Shown here one piece after another: positions 34,376 through 43,808 of a stretch of 49,808 bases of DNA. The DNA is from Methanosarcinales archaeon (lineage in GTDB: Archaea; Halobacteriota; Methanosarcinia; Methanosarcinales; EX4572-44), in the NCBI GenBank assembly GCA_004212095.1, contig RXIJ01000032.1, forward strand, positions 1 to 49,808. The letters are read 5' to 3'. Both the position numbers and the translations under genes were made by a program. Under the pieces are notes generated by a model, which saw only the letters and a program-made list of their open reading frames with translations, ran no database searches and was not told the origin of the DNA. The first letter of the stretch is position 1, and the number at the start of each line of letters is the position of its first letter.

Positions 34376-37300
34376 ATGATGTTCCGACACCAGATAACCG
34401 GGTTACTGCAGGATGGTATAATACGTAAGATACACTTTATGAGCTGTGCTTCTATCCTTTTTCTCTCTGCCTGTATACTCATAATCTTCTGCGGGCTTGC
34501 CGGAGCTGCTGACTACGACGAAATCAGCGTCACCACTGCAAATGATGAAGCTTGGAGCACGAATCTTAGCAACAGCGTGAGCAATGTGGCCGGGAATATT
34601 ATTGTGAACGATGGCGCGGTGCTCTTGATTGGGAATGCGACGATACGGATGGCTAGCACATATTCTAACAAGTATTCTATCATAGTGTGTGACAAAGGCA
34701 CGCTTAACGTGAATGGTTCAACGATCACGCGAAACAACTACTACTACGGCTGGCGATATGAAAGCGGAAGCCATGGCAATGTTGCGAACAGTACGGTTGA
34801 GTTCTGTATTTATAATAATGGTTTTAAGATAGAAACGAATGAGGCTGTTCCTCTTTTCAATGTCACGTTTGATCATGGGGATGTAGGCTATTCATCGGAT
34901 TGTTATGGCATCTACATGAACTCAGCAAGCAATGCGAGTATCAGGAACTGCACGATAAAGACATCATCGGGACAGAGTTACTCGAATCGCAGATACACTT
35001 ACGGCATCTACATCAAGAACTCTGACTGCTGCAATCTAACAGGAAACACAGTCACAGACAGCGGAGACGATGGCATCTTTGTGCAGAACGGAGACAACGC
35101 AACTCTGCTCATCAACAACCTGTCCGGAAACAGGGAGGGGATTCGTCTTGATTCCTGTCCAAACAGCAACCTTAGCAGCAACATAGTTGTAGACAGCAGC
35201 AAACATGGAATAAACATCACGTCCTCTCAGAACTGCATTCTCAGATCCAATGTCATCATCAATTGTTCTAACTACTACCACCTCTATGTCACAGGAAACT
35301 ATGATCAAGACATCGACACCACTAACACTGTGAATGGGGGGCGGGTGTACTACAATTGCATAGATAGTAATGTTACGATCACTGATTCGAACATCGGGCA
35401 TGTCACAATCGTTGATTGCAGCGATGTGTGGTTTACTGGCTGCACGATACATAACGGAGACGGCATCCGGATCATCGGGTCTTCATCGAATGTGAGCATC
35501 AGGAACAGCACGATTGAGAACAACACTATGTACGGCATCAATCTCGAATCGACAAGTTGGAATAACATAACATCCGTAATCATTGAAAATAATACAAAGC
35601 AGGGGGTTTATCTTGCTGGTTCGAGCAACAACATCATAAACGACAGCGATATTCTGAATAACAACAATTATGGAGTTCATTCCGAAGGATCGAGCAGTTA
35701 CAATAATATTAATCACAACAATATCACAAACAATACCCAAGGAGGTATCTGTTTGGACGGGGCTGGGCATGACGACGTCACATATAATAATGTGTTAGAG
35801 AACCGTGGCGATGGCGGCATCTGCATAGGTACACATCATTATAGCTCCCTAAGCACGCAAAATACTCTTGCCAACAACACTATACTATCGAACAACAAAA
35901 CAGGTATTGGGGTATATACAAATTATAATTATTTGAGTAACAACACCATATCATCACTCAGCGGACAGTACGCACTGAAAGTCTCTTATGCCATGAATTC
36001 TTTTTATAATTACATCTGGCGAAACAACACAGCAAACGGCGAACAAATAAACTACTATTACGATGAGCACGACAAGATCACCGAACTGGATGATAACATC
36101 ATCGAAAATAAGTACCTCTCTGCATCCAATGTGAGCAATGTCGGAAAGATCACGCTCATCAATTGCACCAACCTCATCGTGAGAGACTGTGAATTTTCGA
36201 ATTCCAGTAATTATGGCATCTTTTTACGGAATTCTGACAACAATAACCTGACAAACAACACCATATCAAATAACTACAATGGCATCTGGCTGTACGGTTC
36301 ATCTGAGAACAACATCATTGATCTCAATACGATAAGTCCAAGCAACCGGTATGGAGCGTATTTCGAAGAAGATTCGGATTACAACAACATAAAAGACAGC
36401 AGTTTCGCAGCCATGACATTCAATGGAATGTACATATCCTCAGATCACACCACAATTACCAGCACAACGATCTCATCCGTGGATGAGTATGGACTATACA
36501 CCAAAAAAGCACATTACACTAATCTCACAAACATAACGATCACCTCAATATCATCACACGGCGTATATTTAGATACGTCCAACTATATCACTATAACAGA
36601 TTCAAACGTCACCGCAAACAACAAGGGCGTGAACTGTTTCAAATCAGATCACGCCGAGATCGCGAATACCACGATCAGAGGCGAAGACGGTATTTATATG
36701 TCAAAATCCAACTGGGGAAACCTCACGAATAACGCAATCGATGCAACACTGAGGGGAATATTCCTTAACACATCGAAGGATCAAAACTTAATAGAAAACA
36801 ACATCACAAACTACACGATTACAGGCGTCCTGCTTGAGGAGTACTCAACGAACACAACGATCATCGGTAACGATTTTCAGCGCAATTCCTCAGAGTTCGA
36901 CATCACCCTAAATGACTCAAACGGTTGTGTGATCGCACCGAACAACACAGTCACTGCGAATTACACTTTTTACCTTACAAACGACACCAGACTCGCAACA
37001 CTCGATACGGTATTCAACAAGACGAAGGTCTGCTACGAGGATACTTCAAATCTGACACTGATGTGGAGAATCGATGTACTCTGCTGGGACAACTACCACA
37101 AGGAAGCGATAATGTCCAATCTCACGGTGCAGTATAGCGATCTTAGCGATGCCAATGGATTACTGTGCTGGGAGGGGGAAATATCAGCGGGGGCAGCAGT
37201 TGAGGGTCAGCAGAACGGTCGGCTGAGCGGTAACCCATTTGATTACTGGGGACCGCCCACATCAGGTGATAACTGGCTTCCGATCATCGAGTACAAAGAG

Positions 37301-40300
37301 AACGTGACAGGGAAGACTACATACCAGTCGATGAACTGCACCGCAATTAGCAAGTGGGACGTGCTGTATGGTAAGACCAGGACATATCGGAATGTCACGA
37401 CCACGATCACAGAACCGGGAGTTACAATTCTCATAGACACCGGTTACACGCCAAACGGCAAGTGTTACTACTGCCATGTGGATAAATACGTGTTTACAAA
37501 CACGTCGCACTGGACGGAGTATGAAGAGACTGTCCTGGAGGGGGATGAGTACACCCCTGGGCGGTGCGTTGACTGTCACAATGAGAACGATTCCATTGAT
37601 ATTCCGCACGGAAACGAGAGCGGAAAGGATCTGTTGTACACTCAAAGCCCACAGTTATGCTACACCGGCAGAACTGGTGGTCTTAACTGCCACGGCGCGA
37701 ATGCAACACAGACGCGGCTTGTTCAGGAGACAGAGTTCAACCGGACGACCCATCACCCGCTCGGGGACGGAAAACTATCATGCAAGGCATGCCATGACAA
37801 TCATGGAACTGAGTATCGGTATGATCTGTTGAAGTATTATACAAATGGTACCAATCCGGACACTGGTTCATTGGAGCAGGGATATGACTCGAGTTATTAT
37901 GCGCTCTGCTTCGTGTGTCATCTCGAGGAAAAACTTGTGGCAAAGATGTCAGGCGAGACCGGTCATCTTGCAAACTACATGAACCAGACGAACTTTCGGG
38001 ATGAGTATTATGTCACATGGGGTTTCAGTTCCGGAGGTACTGGTGGATCTACAAAATTCAAGAACATCCATTCTCCGCAGGAGGAAGCAGGTTTATGGGA
38101 CACCACGCACCCAGAGTATAACTGCTATTCTTGTCATAACCCACATGGCAGCGATAATCCGGCAACGACGCGTTTTATAGCAAATGGGGGACCCTTAAAT
38201 TACACCTACATCACCAATGTCTCGCCTCCGGATAACATATTATGGGAAGTATTGAATTATGCGAACTGGAATAATACAACCTTAAACAAAGGCGGTGGAC
38301 TTTATCTGTCAGGGCCTGGGGCTGGTTGCGGTTGCCACCCCCCAGACTGGGCATCCCTTAAGACTAATTATTTCACCTACCGCACATACATCAACTACAC
38401 CCCTGCTGGCGGTGCGGGCTGCCTCGAGTGCCACGACAACAATGCTTCCGCGTACAACACCGACCCGATCCGTCCGATCGTGAACCTGACCGCGGTAAAA
38501 CTTGCGACACACACCAATCTAAGCGGTGCGTTCAGAACAGGTAGCATTCTTCAGGGAACTGACAAAAATTTCACTGAATGGCTCGAATATCGCGAGTACA
38601 CCATTCCACAGATCGCGAATATTACCGAAGACAATGCAATCTGTTGGACATGCCACTGCACCAATGGAACACCACCAAGTCCGTATTTCCATCCCGATCG
38701 AGCACTGAATCCGTACAAATGTGCAAAGTGCCATGGACCTTACTATGGTCAGCCGCCGCACACGCAGGGGCTTGTTGCAGCGGTCGATAACCATGGTCCG
38801 ACCACGAAGGGCGCGGAATCGATCCTTATCCAGACCAATGTCAGAATTGGCGGTTCATGTGACGACTGCCATGCGTCAAGCAAACTGCCAGATAATATGA
38901 TAGATACTTCCGATCCAAACGATGATCTCGAGGTCTGGAAATGGGGATCCGGAGAAGATGGTTATGGTGACGACAACCATTGGCGCCCTTATCAAGGCAG
39001 ATCAACGATGGGCGACGTCTCGCACTACGGACTGAACAAAACACAGGGGCTTGCACTTGAAATTGATAACCCGCTATTCGACACCTCTGACTGTCTCGTC
39101 TGCCATTGCAATTCCACAAACGGAACGATCTGGGGAAACGCCACAAACATCAGCGGGAATATGTACGGCGCTGATACCACTAACGTCTCTGAGTGTTACA
39201 CCTACTGTCATGTCAGACCTGATTGGGTCAGTAGTGTCAACGAGAGCACACTTACACACTTCCACAACAAATCGATATACGCAGGCGGCGGTCCGAACTG
39301 TGTCTTATGCCATGATGTGACTAGTATTTATGGTGTGCAGTCGCTCGTAAATTCCACTGCGATAGCAGAGGGCATTCACGGAAACGTGCTCAACAACACA
39401 CTCGTTCAGGAAAGCTACAGGATGGATAACAGGTCAAACCCGTGCTGGGGCTGTCACCAGAGCGATGGCAAGATCCCTAAAGGTATGGGTGACCGGAACG
39501 GAGCCACAGACGTAGATGGCAACGGAATCATAACAGTTGAGGAACTGCCCTACACCTGCGAGGACTGTCATGCACGAAGCGAGGCATGGAGCGGTGCAAC
39601 GAGCGATGGACATACGTGGGAGAGTGCAAGCGATCCCGCTCTCGGTCTGAGCAGGCTGCCCCCTGAGATTACTGCCCATTATCCGAACTCAACACATGTC
39701 AGGACGACCCATCACAGCGACAATGGCAGGTGCGTTGACTGCCATAACAACAGCTTTAATTCCGATAACAATGATACCGCTTACAAGGAACTTGGACACA
39801 CGATTTTCTCAGGTGTCTCACACTACGGTACCTCTAAAGATCTCCTCACCCCAACCAAGATGTGTCGATACTGCCACGATAACACAACAAGTGCAAGAGC
39901 CAACGCAACACTCTATGGCAATGCAACCGCAAACAAGCACGGCAACTTCACAGACGAAGCAAATCCGGATGACGGCTGTTACCGCTGCCACACACAAAAC
40001 GAGACACCTATTGACTTCCACAACATGAACGCAGGGGGTATCCCTGGGGATCCTGACTGCCTCAAGTGTCATAGCACCAACGGGACTTCGGAAAGACGCA
40101 GGATTGATGAGATTGCATATATGGGTGCGATCCACGCCGGGATGAACAATGCGAGTGTCGATGGCGACATCAACAAGTCGTGCTGGGTCTGTCATTTCCC
40201 GGAAGGTGTTGGCATGGATGAGCACAGCAACCGGCGAGAGCCTGCCTACCACTGTTACGACTGCCACAACAAAGACAACACCACAGTATTCGGCAATGTG

Positions 40301-41797
40301 AGCGATGCACCTGAGGTGCACAACCACTTCAAGAGTGGAACCTGCATAGAGGCATACTGGACACGCCCCACAGATTCAGACTCATGCATGGGCTGCCACG
40401 ACCAGTCAGAGATGCGCTATACATTCGATGAAAACGAGACGAATCCATACTTCACTAACTTCTCGATTACATCTCATTACGGCGACAATCGAACAGATAT
40501 TGTCACTACATATATCGAAAATGGCACGGAAGATTATTGCGGTTACTGCCATCAGAATATGTCGACTGTATTCGTAGAGCAGCAATCCATGAAAAATGTC
40601 AGCCACTATCATAATCAGGCGTGTGATGAGTGCCATAGCGTAGGTAGGCTCCACAGTGACACATTACAACGGGTACAAACTGATTCGAACTGCACCAACT
40701 GCCATGCAACATATGGATCTGTTCAGAAGGGCTTGAAGTATAAAATTAATGTCACAGCAGTAAATTTAGGAGTGCATGAAAATGTGAATGAGAACATGAA
40801 TTCAGTTGCAATGACAGTAGGGGATGTGAACAACTCCAAGTGTTGGGGTTGCCATGTACCAGAGGGAGCGTTACCGGAAGGTGGGCACAGAGACACCTTT
40901 AACAACGATGCATATCTCTGCTATGACTGCCACAACGGAACCAAAGCGTACCAGAACGTGACGAACGCAACCGCTGTTTACAACCACTTTAAAAGCGGCA
41001 TCAACATCTATGCGCGCACCACCGCGGAGACGAACTCGGAGTCCTGTGGATACGGCTGCCACAACCTCACCACCATGAAAGTACCTGGTTTTGATGCTGG
41101 CGGAAACGCAACCTATCTTCAGAACCTCTCACAGGCATCACACTACCCCAAAAGCCGTCCGGACATCGCCATTCAGAGCAATCTCTCAGACTGCACATGG
41201 TGCCACAGGAATTCGACAAACGAGTTCATTGAAATCTTTGAGTGTGCTGGTTCGCAGAATTACACCGAGAATATTCCGCATGCAACCAGAACAGAATCCT
41301 GCACCATCACAGAGTGCCACAACACAGGACGGATACACGACCAGAACCTGACAATCCCAACTATATCATGGGAGCAGGACTGCGGCAACTGCCATTTTGG
41401 ATTGGCTGATTCTGCTGCAAGTAAATATTATGTGAATGAGACGATGTTTAATTATGGCGTGCATGCAACTGTAAAATGTACAGAATGTCATATCTATACC
41501 GATCAGCCTGTTAACTGGCATCCAATCGAGGAATATACATGGAAATGGTGCGAGTGCTGCCATTCGTATCAGTCAGACTTAATCAACGAGAGCGATCGAC
41601 ACAATGTGACAGATAATCCACTAACATATCTGGTTGAGGAAACATGCGTACTCGAGATTGCAAACTGCACAACCTGCCATAATGCAACGGCTTATGAAAA
41701 TGCAAAGTCAAACTTCAACTCAAGCGCTGAACATGAGTGCAGATGGTGCCATGAATATCCGGACAAAGGCAATAAAACAATCCAGGGCTGGTATTGA
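34376..41797 (+). CDS. giant fusion protein (2473 aa): right-handed parallel beta-helix region + 31-heme c-type cytochrome region
   Basis: A signal peptide starts at alternative ATG 34439 (MSCASILFLSACILIIFCGLAGA). Residues ~45-900 are full of PbH1/NosD-like coils (N.T...N.I..N...GI.L..S..N.I..N). From CYYCH onward I hand-counted 31 CxxCH plus about 6 spacing variants. No C-terminal TM helix is present. Confidence 0.9.
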   Translation: MMFRHQITGLLQDGIIRKIHFMSCASILFLSACILIIFCGLAGAADYDEISVTTANDEAWSTNLSNSVSNVAGNIIVNDGAVLLIGNATIRMASTYSNKYSIIVCDKGTLNVNGSTITRNNYYYGWRYESGSHGNVANSTVEFCIYNNGFKIETNEAVPLFNVTFDHGDVGYSSDCYGIYMNSASNASIRNCTIKTSSGQSYSNRRYTYGIYIKNSDCCNLTGNTVTDSGDDGIFVQNGDNATLLINNLSGNREGIRLDSCPNSNLSSNIVVDSSKHGINITSSQNCILRSNVIINCSNYYHLYVTGNYDQDIDTTNTVNGGRVYYNCIDSNVTITDSNIGHVTIVDCSDVWFTGCTIHNGDGIRIIGSSSNVSIRNSTIENNTMYGINLESTSWNNITSVIIENNTKQGVYLAGSSNNIINDSDILNNNNYGVHSEGSSSYNNINHNNITNNTQGGICLDGAGHDDVTYNNVLENRGDGGICIGTHHYSSLSTQNTLANNTILSNNKTGIGVYTNYNYLSNNTISSLSGQYALKVSYAMNSFYNYIWRNNTANGEQINYYYDEHDKITELDDNIIENKYLSASNVSNVGKITLINCTNLIVRDCEFSNSSNYGIFLRNSDNNNLTNNTISNNYNGIWLYGSSENNIIDLNTISPSNRYGAYFEEDSDYNNIKDSSFAAMTFNGMYISSDHTTITSTTISSVDEYGLYTKKAHYTNLTNITITSISSHGVYLDTSNYITITDSNVTANNKGVNCFKSDHAEIANTTIRGEDGIYMSKSNWGNLTNNAIDATLRGIFLNTSKDQNLIENNITNYTITGVLLEEYSTNTTIIGNDFQRNSSEFDITLNDSNGCVIAPNNTVTANYTFYLTNDTRLATLDTVFNKTKVCYEDTSNLTLMWRIDVLCWDNYHKEAIMSNLTVQYSDLSDANGLLCWEGEISAGAAVEGQQNGRLSGNPFDYWGPPTSGDNWLPIIEYKENVTGKTTYQSMNCTAISKWDVLYGKTRTYRNVTTTITEPGVTILIDTGYTPNGKCYYCHVDKYVFTNTSHWTEYEETVLEGDEYTPGRCVDCHNENDSIDIPHGNESGKDLLYTQSPQLCYTGRTGGLNCHGANATQTRLVQETEFNRTTHHPLGDGKLSCKACHDNHGTEYRYDLLKYYTNGTNPDTGSLEQGYDSSYYALCFVCHLEEKLVAKMSGETGHLANYMNQTNFRDEYYVTWGFSSGGTGGSTKFKNIHSPQEEAGLWDTTHPEYNCYSCHNPHGSDNPATTRFIANGGPLNYTYITNVSPPDNILWEVLNYANWNNTTLNKGGGLYLSGPGAGCGCHPPDWASLKTNYFTYRTYINYTPAGGAGCLECHDNNASAYNTDPIRPIVNLTAVKLATHTNLSGAFRTGSILQGTDKNFTEWLEYREYTIPQIANITEDNAICWTCHCTNGTPPSPYFHPDRALNPYKCAKCHGPYYGQPPHTQGLVAAVDNHGPTTKGAESILIQTNVRIGGSCDDCHASSKLPDNMIDTSDPNDDLEVWKWGSGEDGYGDDNHWRPYQGRSTMGDVSHYGLNKTQGLALEIDNPLFDTSDCLVCHCNSTNGTIWGNATNISGNMYGADTTNVSECYTYCHVRPDWVSSVNESTLTHFHNKSIYAGGGPNCVLCHDVTSIYGVQSLVNSTAIAEGIHGNVLNNTLVQESYRMDNRSNPCWGCHQSDGKIPKGMGDRNGATDVDGNGIITVEELPYTCEDCHARSEAWSGATSDGHTWESASDPALGLSRLPPEITAHYPNSTHVRTTHHSDNGRCVDCHNNSFNSDNNDTAYKELGHTIFSGVSHYGTSKDLLTPTKMCRYCHDNTTSARANATLYGNATANKHGNFTDEANPDDGCYRCHTQNETPIDFHNMNAGGIPGDPDCLKCHSTNGTSERRRIDEIAYMGAIHAGMNNASVDGDINKSCWVCHFPEGVGMDEHSNRREPAYHCYDCHNKDNTTVFGNVSDAPEVHNHFKSGTCIEAYWTRPTDSDSCMGCHDQSEMRYTFDENETNPYFTNFSITSHYGDNRTDIVTTYIENGTEDYCGYCHQNMSTVFVEQQSMKNVSHYHNQACDECHSVGRLHSDTLQRVQTDSNCTNCHATYGSVQKGLKYKINVTAVNLGVHENVNENMNSVAMTVGDVNNSKCWGCHVPEGALPEGGHRDTFNNDAYLCYDCHNGTKAYQNVTNATAVYNHFKSGINIYARTTAETNSESCGYGCHNLTTMKVPGFDAGGNATYLQNLSQASHYPKSRPDIAIQSNLSDCTWCHRNSTNEFIEIFECAGSQNYTENIPHATRTESCTITECHNTGRIHDQNLTIPTISWEQDCGNCHFGLADSAASKYYVNETMFNYGVHATVKCTECHIYTDQPVNWHPIEEYTWKWCECCHSYQSDLINESDRHNVTDNPLTYLVEETCVLEIANCTTCHNATAYENAKSNFNSSAEHECRWCHEYPDKGNKTIQGWY
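34510..37080 (+). other. parallel beta-helix (PbH1/CASH/NosD-like) repeat region of the fusion protein
   Basis: It contains dozens of ~22-25-aa coils, for example NCTIKTSSG.., NLTGNTVTDSGDDGIFVQNGDNATLLINNLSGNREGIRLDSCPNSNLSSNIVVDSSKHGINITSSQNCILRSNVI. Confidence 0.7.
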
Positions 41798-41803
41798 AAA
41801 ACC

Positions 41804-42220
41804 ATGGGGTTAAAAAAAGTAATTATAGCTGTAATTGCGGTCATGTTAATCATAGGTATAGCCGGTGCGATGTTTTCTAACAGCCATGAATTATACAGCT
41901 ATAAAAATGAGACTGACCCGTGGAAGTTTTGCAACAAGTGCCATCCTTCATCAGTAGCAAATGTTGGTGCTGGTGTACATAGTGATGTGAATTGTTTATG
42001 CCATGGCTACAATCCAAACACAACTCCACCGGTTAATATGATACACAATCTTACCCGGAATATTTATTGTACCAATTGTCACTCAAATTACAATGAAAAA
42101 ACTGGTGATATTACACTCTATACAGGAATAAGTGGATTAAACCAGTCTGCACATTACATAATAAGTAGATCAGATTCCCAATTATATAATAATAGTATGG
42201 AGTTCTTCAATGAAACGTAG
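41804..42220 (+). CDS. small membrane-anchored c-type cytochrome (2 CxxCH + 1 CxCH)
   Basis: An N-terminal TM helix is followed by CNKCH and CTNCH, plus CLCH. Confidence 0.75.
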   Translation: MGLKKVIIAVIAVMLIIGIAGAMFSNSHELYSYKNETDPWKFCNKCHPSSVANVGAGVHSDVNCLCHGYNPNTTPPVNMIHNLTRNIYCTNCHSNYNEKTGDITLYTGISGLNQSAHYIISRSDSQLYNNSMEFFNET

Positions 42221-42977
42221 TAATATTATATTATTACTATTTGCCTTAATGTCGCTTGCAATGTTTGTGATGCCTGACATATTTTCAATGTTTAGTGGGC
42301 AGCACGTCTTTTATAATCAGATAAACTGTCAGAAATGCCATGAAGAAGAATACGGAGAGGTGTGGGCTACATCAGCAGCAGGGGATGCACACATCAGAGC
42401 TGCAAACAACACCAATTACACCACATACCTTGTAATTGGCGGTATTAATTATCATCAATCAAGTGGCACCATTAACACAGTAGAAGATAAGATCTGGACA
42501 TGGAATGGAAGTTTGTGGATCAATGACACAGAATCAAGATTGGAAAAGTTAGATGCGGATGGCAGCAATGAAATCGATGGAAATGAAATCTGCCACCTCT
42601 GCCATAATTCATCACTGGCAGATAAACACAGTCATGGACTTATCGTAAGAACGTGCGATGATGACTGGTGCCATGGAAATAGAAATTATACGTTCAATGA
42701 TCCTCAGTTATTCAACACATTGCCAACAGTTGATGCTGGAAATATTTTGAATGAATCGAACAATCTTCATAATGCATTCTATCTAAGTCTGGTTAATGAG
42801 CCAACCGGATTTGTGGCAGGTGAACCATTCAACCATACTCCAGGAAATCTTGCCGGTGATTATACTTCAAAGAGCTATCTGGCATGCATTAGTTGTCACT
42901 CAACTGTCCGGGTAGATATAACAATCGCCCAAAGTAGGTCCAATCATACAGGCGAAAAACGGCGAAAATATTCATAA
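42210..42977 (+). CDS. membrane-anchored multiheme cytochrome, paralog of 22571..23239
   Basis: It has the same N-terminus (LAMFVMPDIFSMFSGQHVFY). The motifs are CQKCH, CHLCH, CISCH and CDDDWCH, the last at the position of the paralog's CGDCH. Confidence 0.8.
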   Translation: MKRSNIILLLFALMSLAMFVMPDIFSMFSGQHVFYNQINCQKCHEEEYGEVWATSAAGDAHIRAANNTNYTTYLVIGGINYHQSSGTINTVEDKIWTWNGSLWINDTESRLEKLDADGSNEIDGNEICHLCHNSSLADKHSHGLIVRTCDDDWCHGNRNYTFNDPQLFNTLPTVDAGNILNESNNLHNAFYLSLVNEPTGFVAGEPFNHTPGNLAGDYTSKSYLACISCHSTVRVDITIAQSRSNHTGEKRRKYS

Positions 42978-43387
42978 ATCGCTCTTATTTTATGTGATAG
43001 TGTTGACGCTGCAATGCCTCCAAATATTGTGCTTAAAATATCCGGGATTTTAAGAGTGTTTACAATAAACTGTTGGAATGCGATGAAGTTTTTTGGATGA
43101 CACGTAATACCATGAATAATCACCGGTTTAAAATAGTAAATAAACAGATATCCGGTAAAAAGCGACATTACAGCAACCACTCCAAAATAGCATAGACCAA
43201 TTGCTGAAATATCCCTATTATTCTCTTTATTGTATCTGCTCAAAACCACAAGCCCTATTCCACTAACAAACCCGGCGATTACAGCAACAATTGGTGCAAA
43301 ATAATTAACAAGTAAAACAAATAGGCTATAGATAATACCTCCAGCAACAACACTTGCTGTGGTTGCAATCAAAAAATTCCTTATCAT
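42944..43387 (-). CDS. small membrane protein (about 4 TM), unknown function
   Basis: It has hydrophobic segments throughout. It converges on and overlaps the 3' end of 42210..42977. Confidence 0.5.
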   Translation of the reverse strand: MIRNFLIATTASVVAGGIIYSLFVLLVNYFAPIVAVIAGFVSGIGLVVLSRYNKENNRDISAIGLCYFGVVAVMSLFTGYLFIYYFKPVIIHGITCHPKNFIAFQQFIVNTLKIPDILSTIFGGIAASTLSHKIRAIYEYFRRFSPV

Positions 43388-43407
43388 TAGATCAACATAT
43401 GTTTTAA

Positions 43408-43683
43408 CTAAATTGCATCTGTCAGTTTTAGCTTCGCCTCAATTAAATTATCCCATGCTAAAGATTTATTATTATCCAAAGCATGCAATCCCTCTAATAT
43501 TTTTAATTTCACTTCTCGGATATCCGCGCCTGCCTTTTTAGCTTGTTGCATGTGACTTTCAGTTCTCGAAATAGCGACTCTTAGGTCATGCTCTGTCCAG
43601 ATTTCTATTTCTTCTTTTTCACCCATCTTTTCACACATCCTTTGAGCCCCAACCCCTCTACACATGGATGAATTCAGGTGCAT
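43408..43683 (-). CDS. hypothetical small helical protein
   Basis: The evidence is the open frame only. The start is ambiguous (several in-frame Met). Confidence 0.35.
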   Translation of the reverse strand: MHLNSSMCRGVGAQRMCEKMGEKEEIEIWTEHDLRVAISRTESHMQQAKKAGADIREVKLKILEGLHALDNNKSLAWDNLIEAKLKLTDAI

Positions 43684-43808
43684 CCATATGCTGGGCTTTA
43701 ATTCTTCTTTCTCTTGATTCTATTTATGTAAAAAAATAAAAGAAAGAGAGTGAGAATTTACTCCCCCCTGTCTTTTAATCTATGTTTTATCGCTGTGTAG
43801 GTTTGTTT

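Noticed and set aside
35036-41563. Many 60-170-aa ORFs on both strands inside the fusion gene (for example 35036..35452 -, 37262..37645 -, 39818..40327 -, 39696..40028 +).
   Set aside because: They sit inside a 7.4-kb continuous frame with strong beta-helix and CxxCH periodicity. Their abundance is explained by the locally higher GC content, which gives fewer stop codons.
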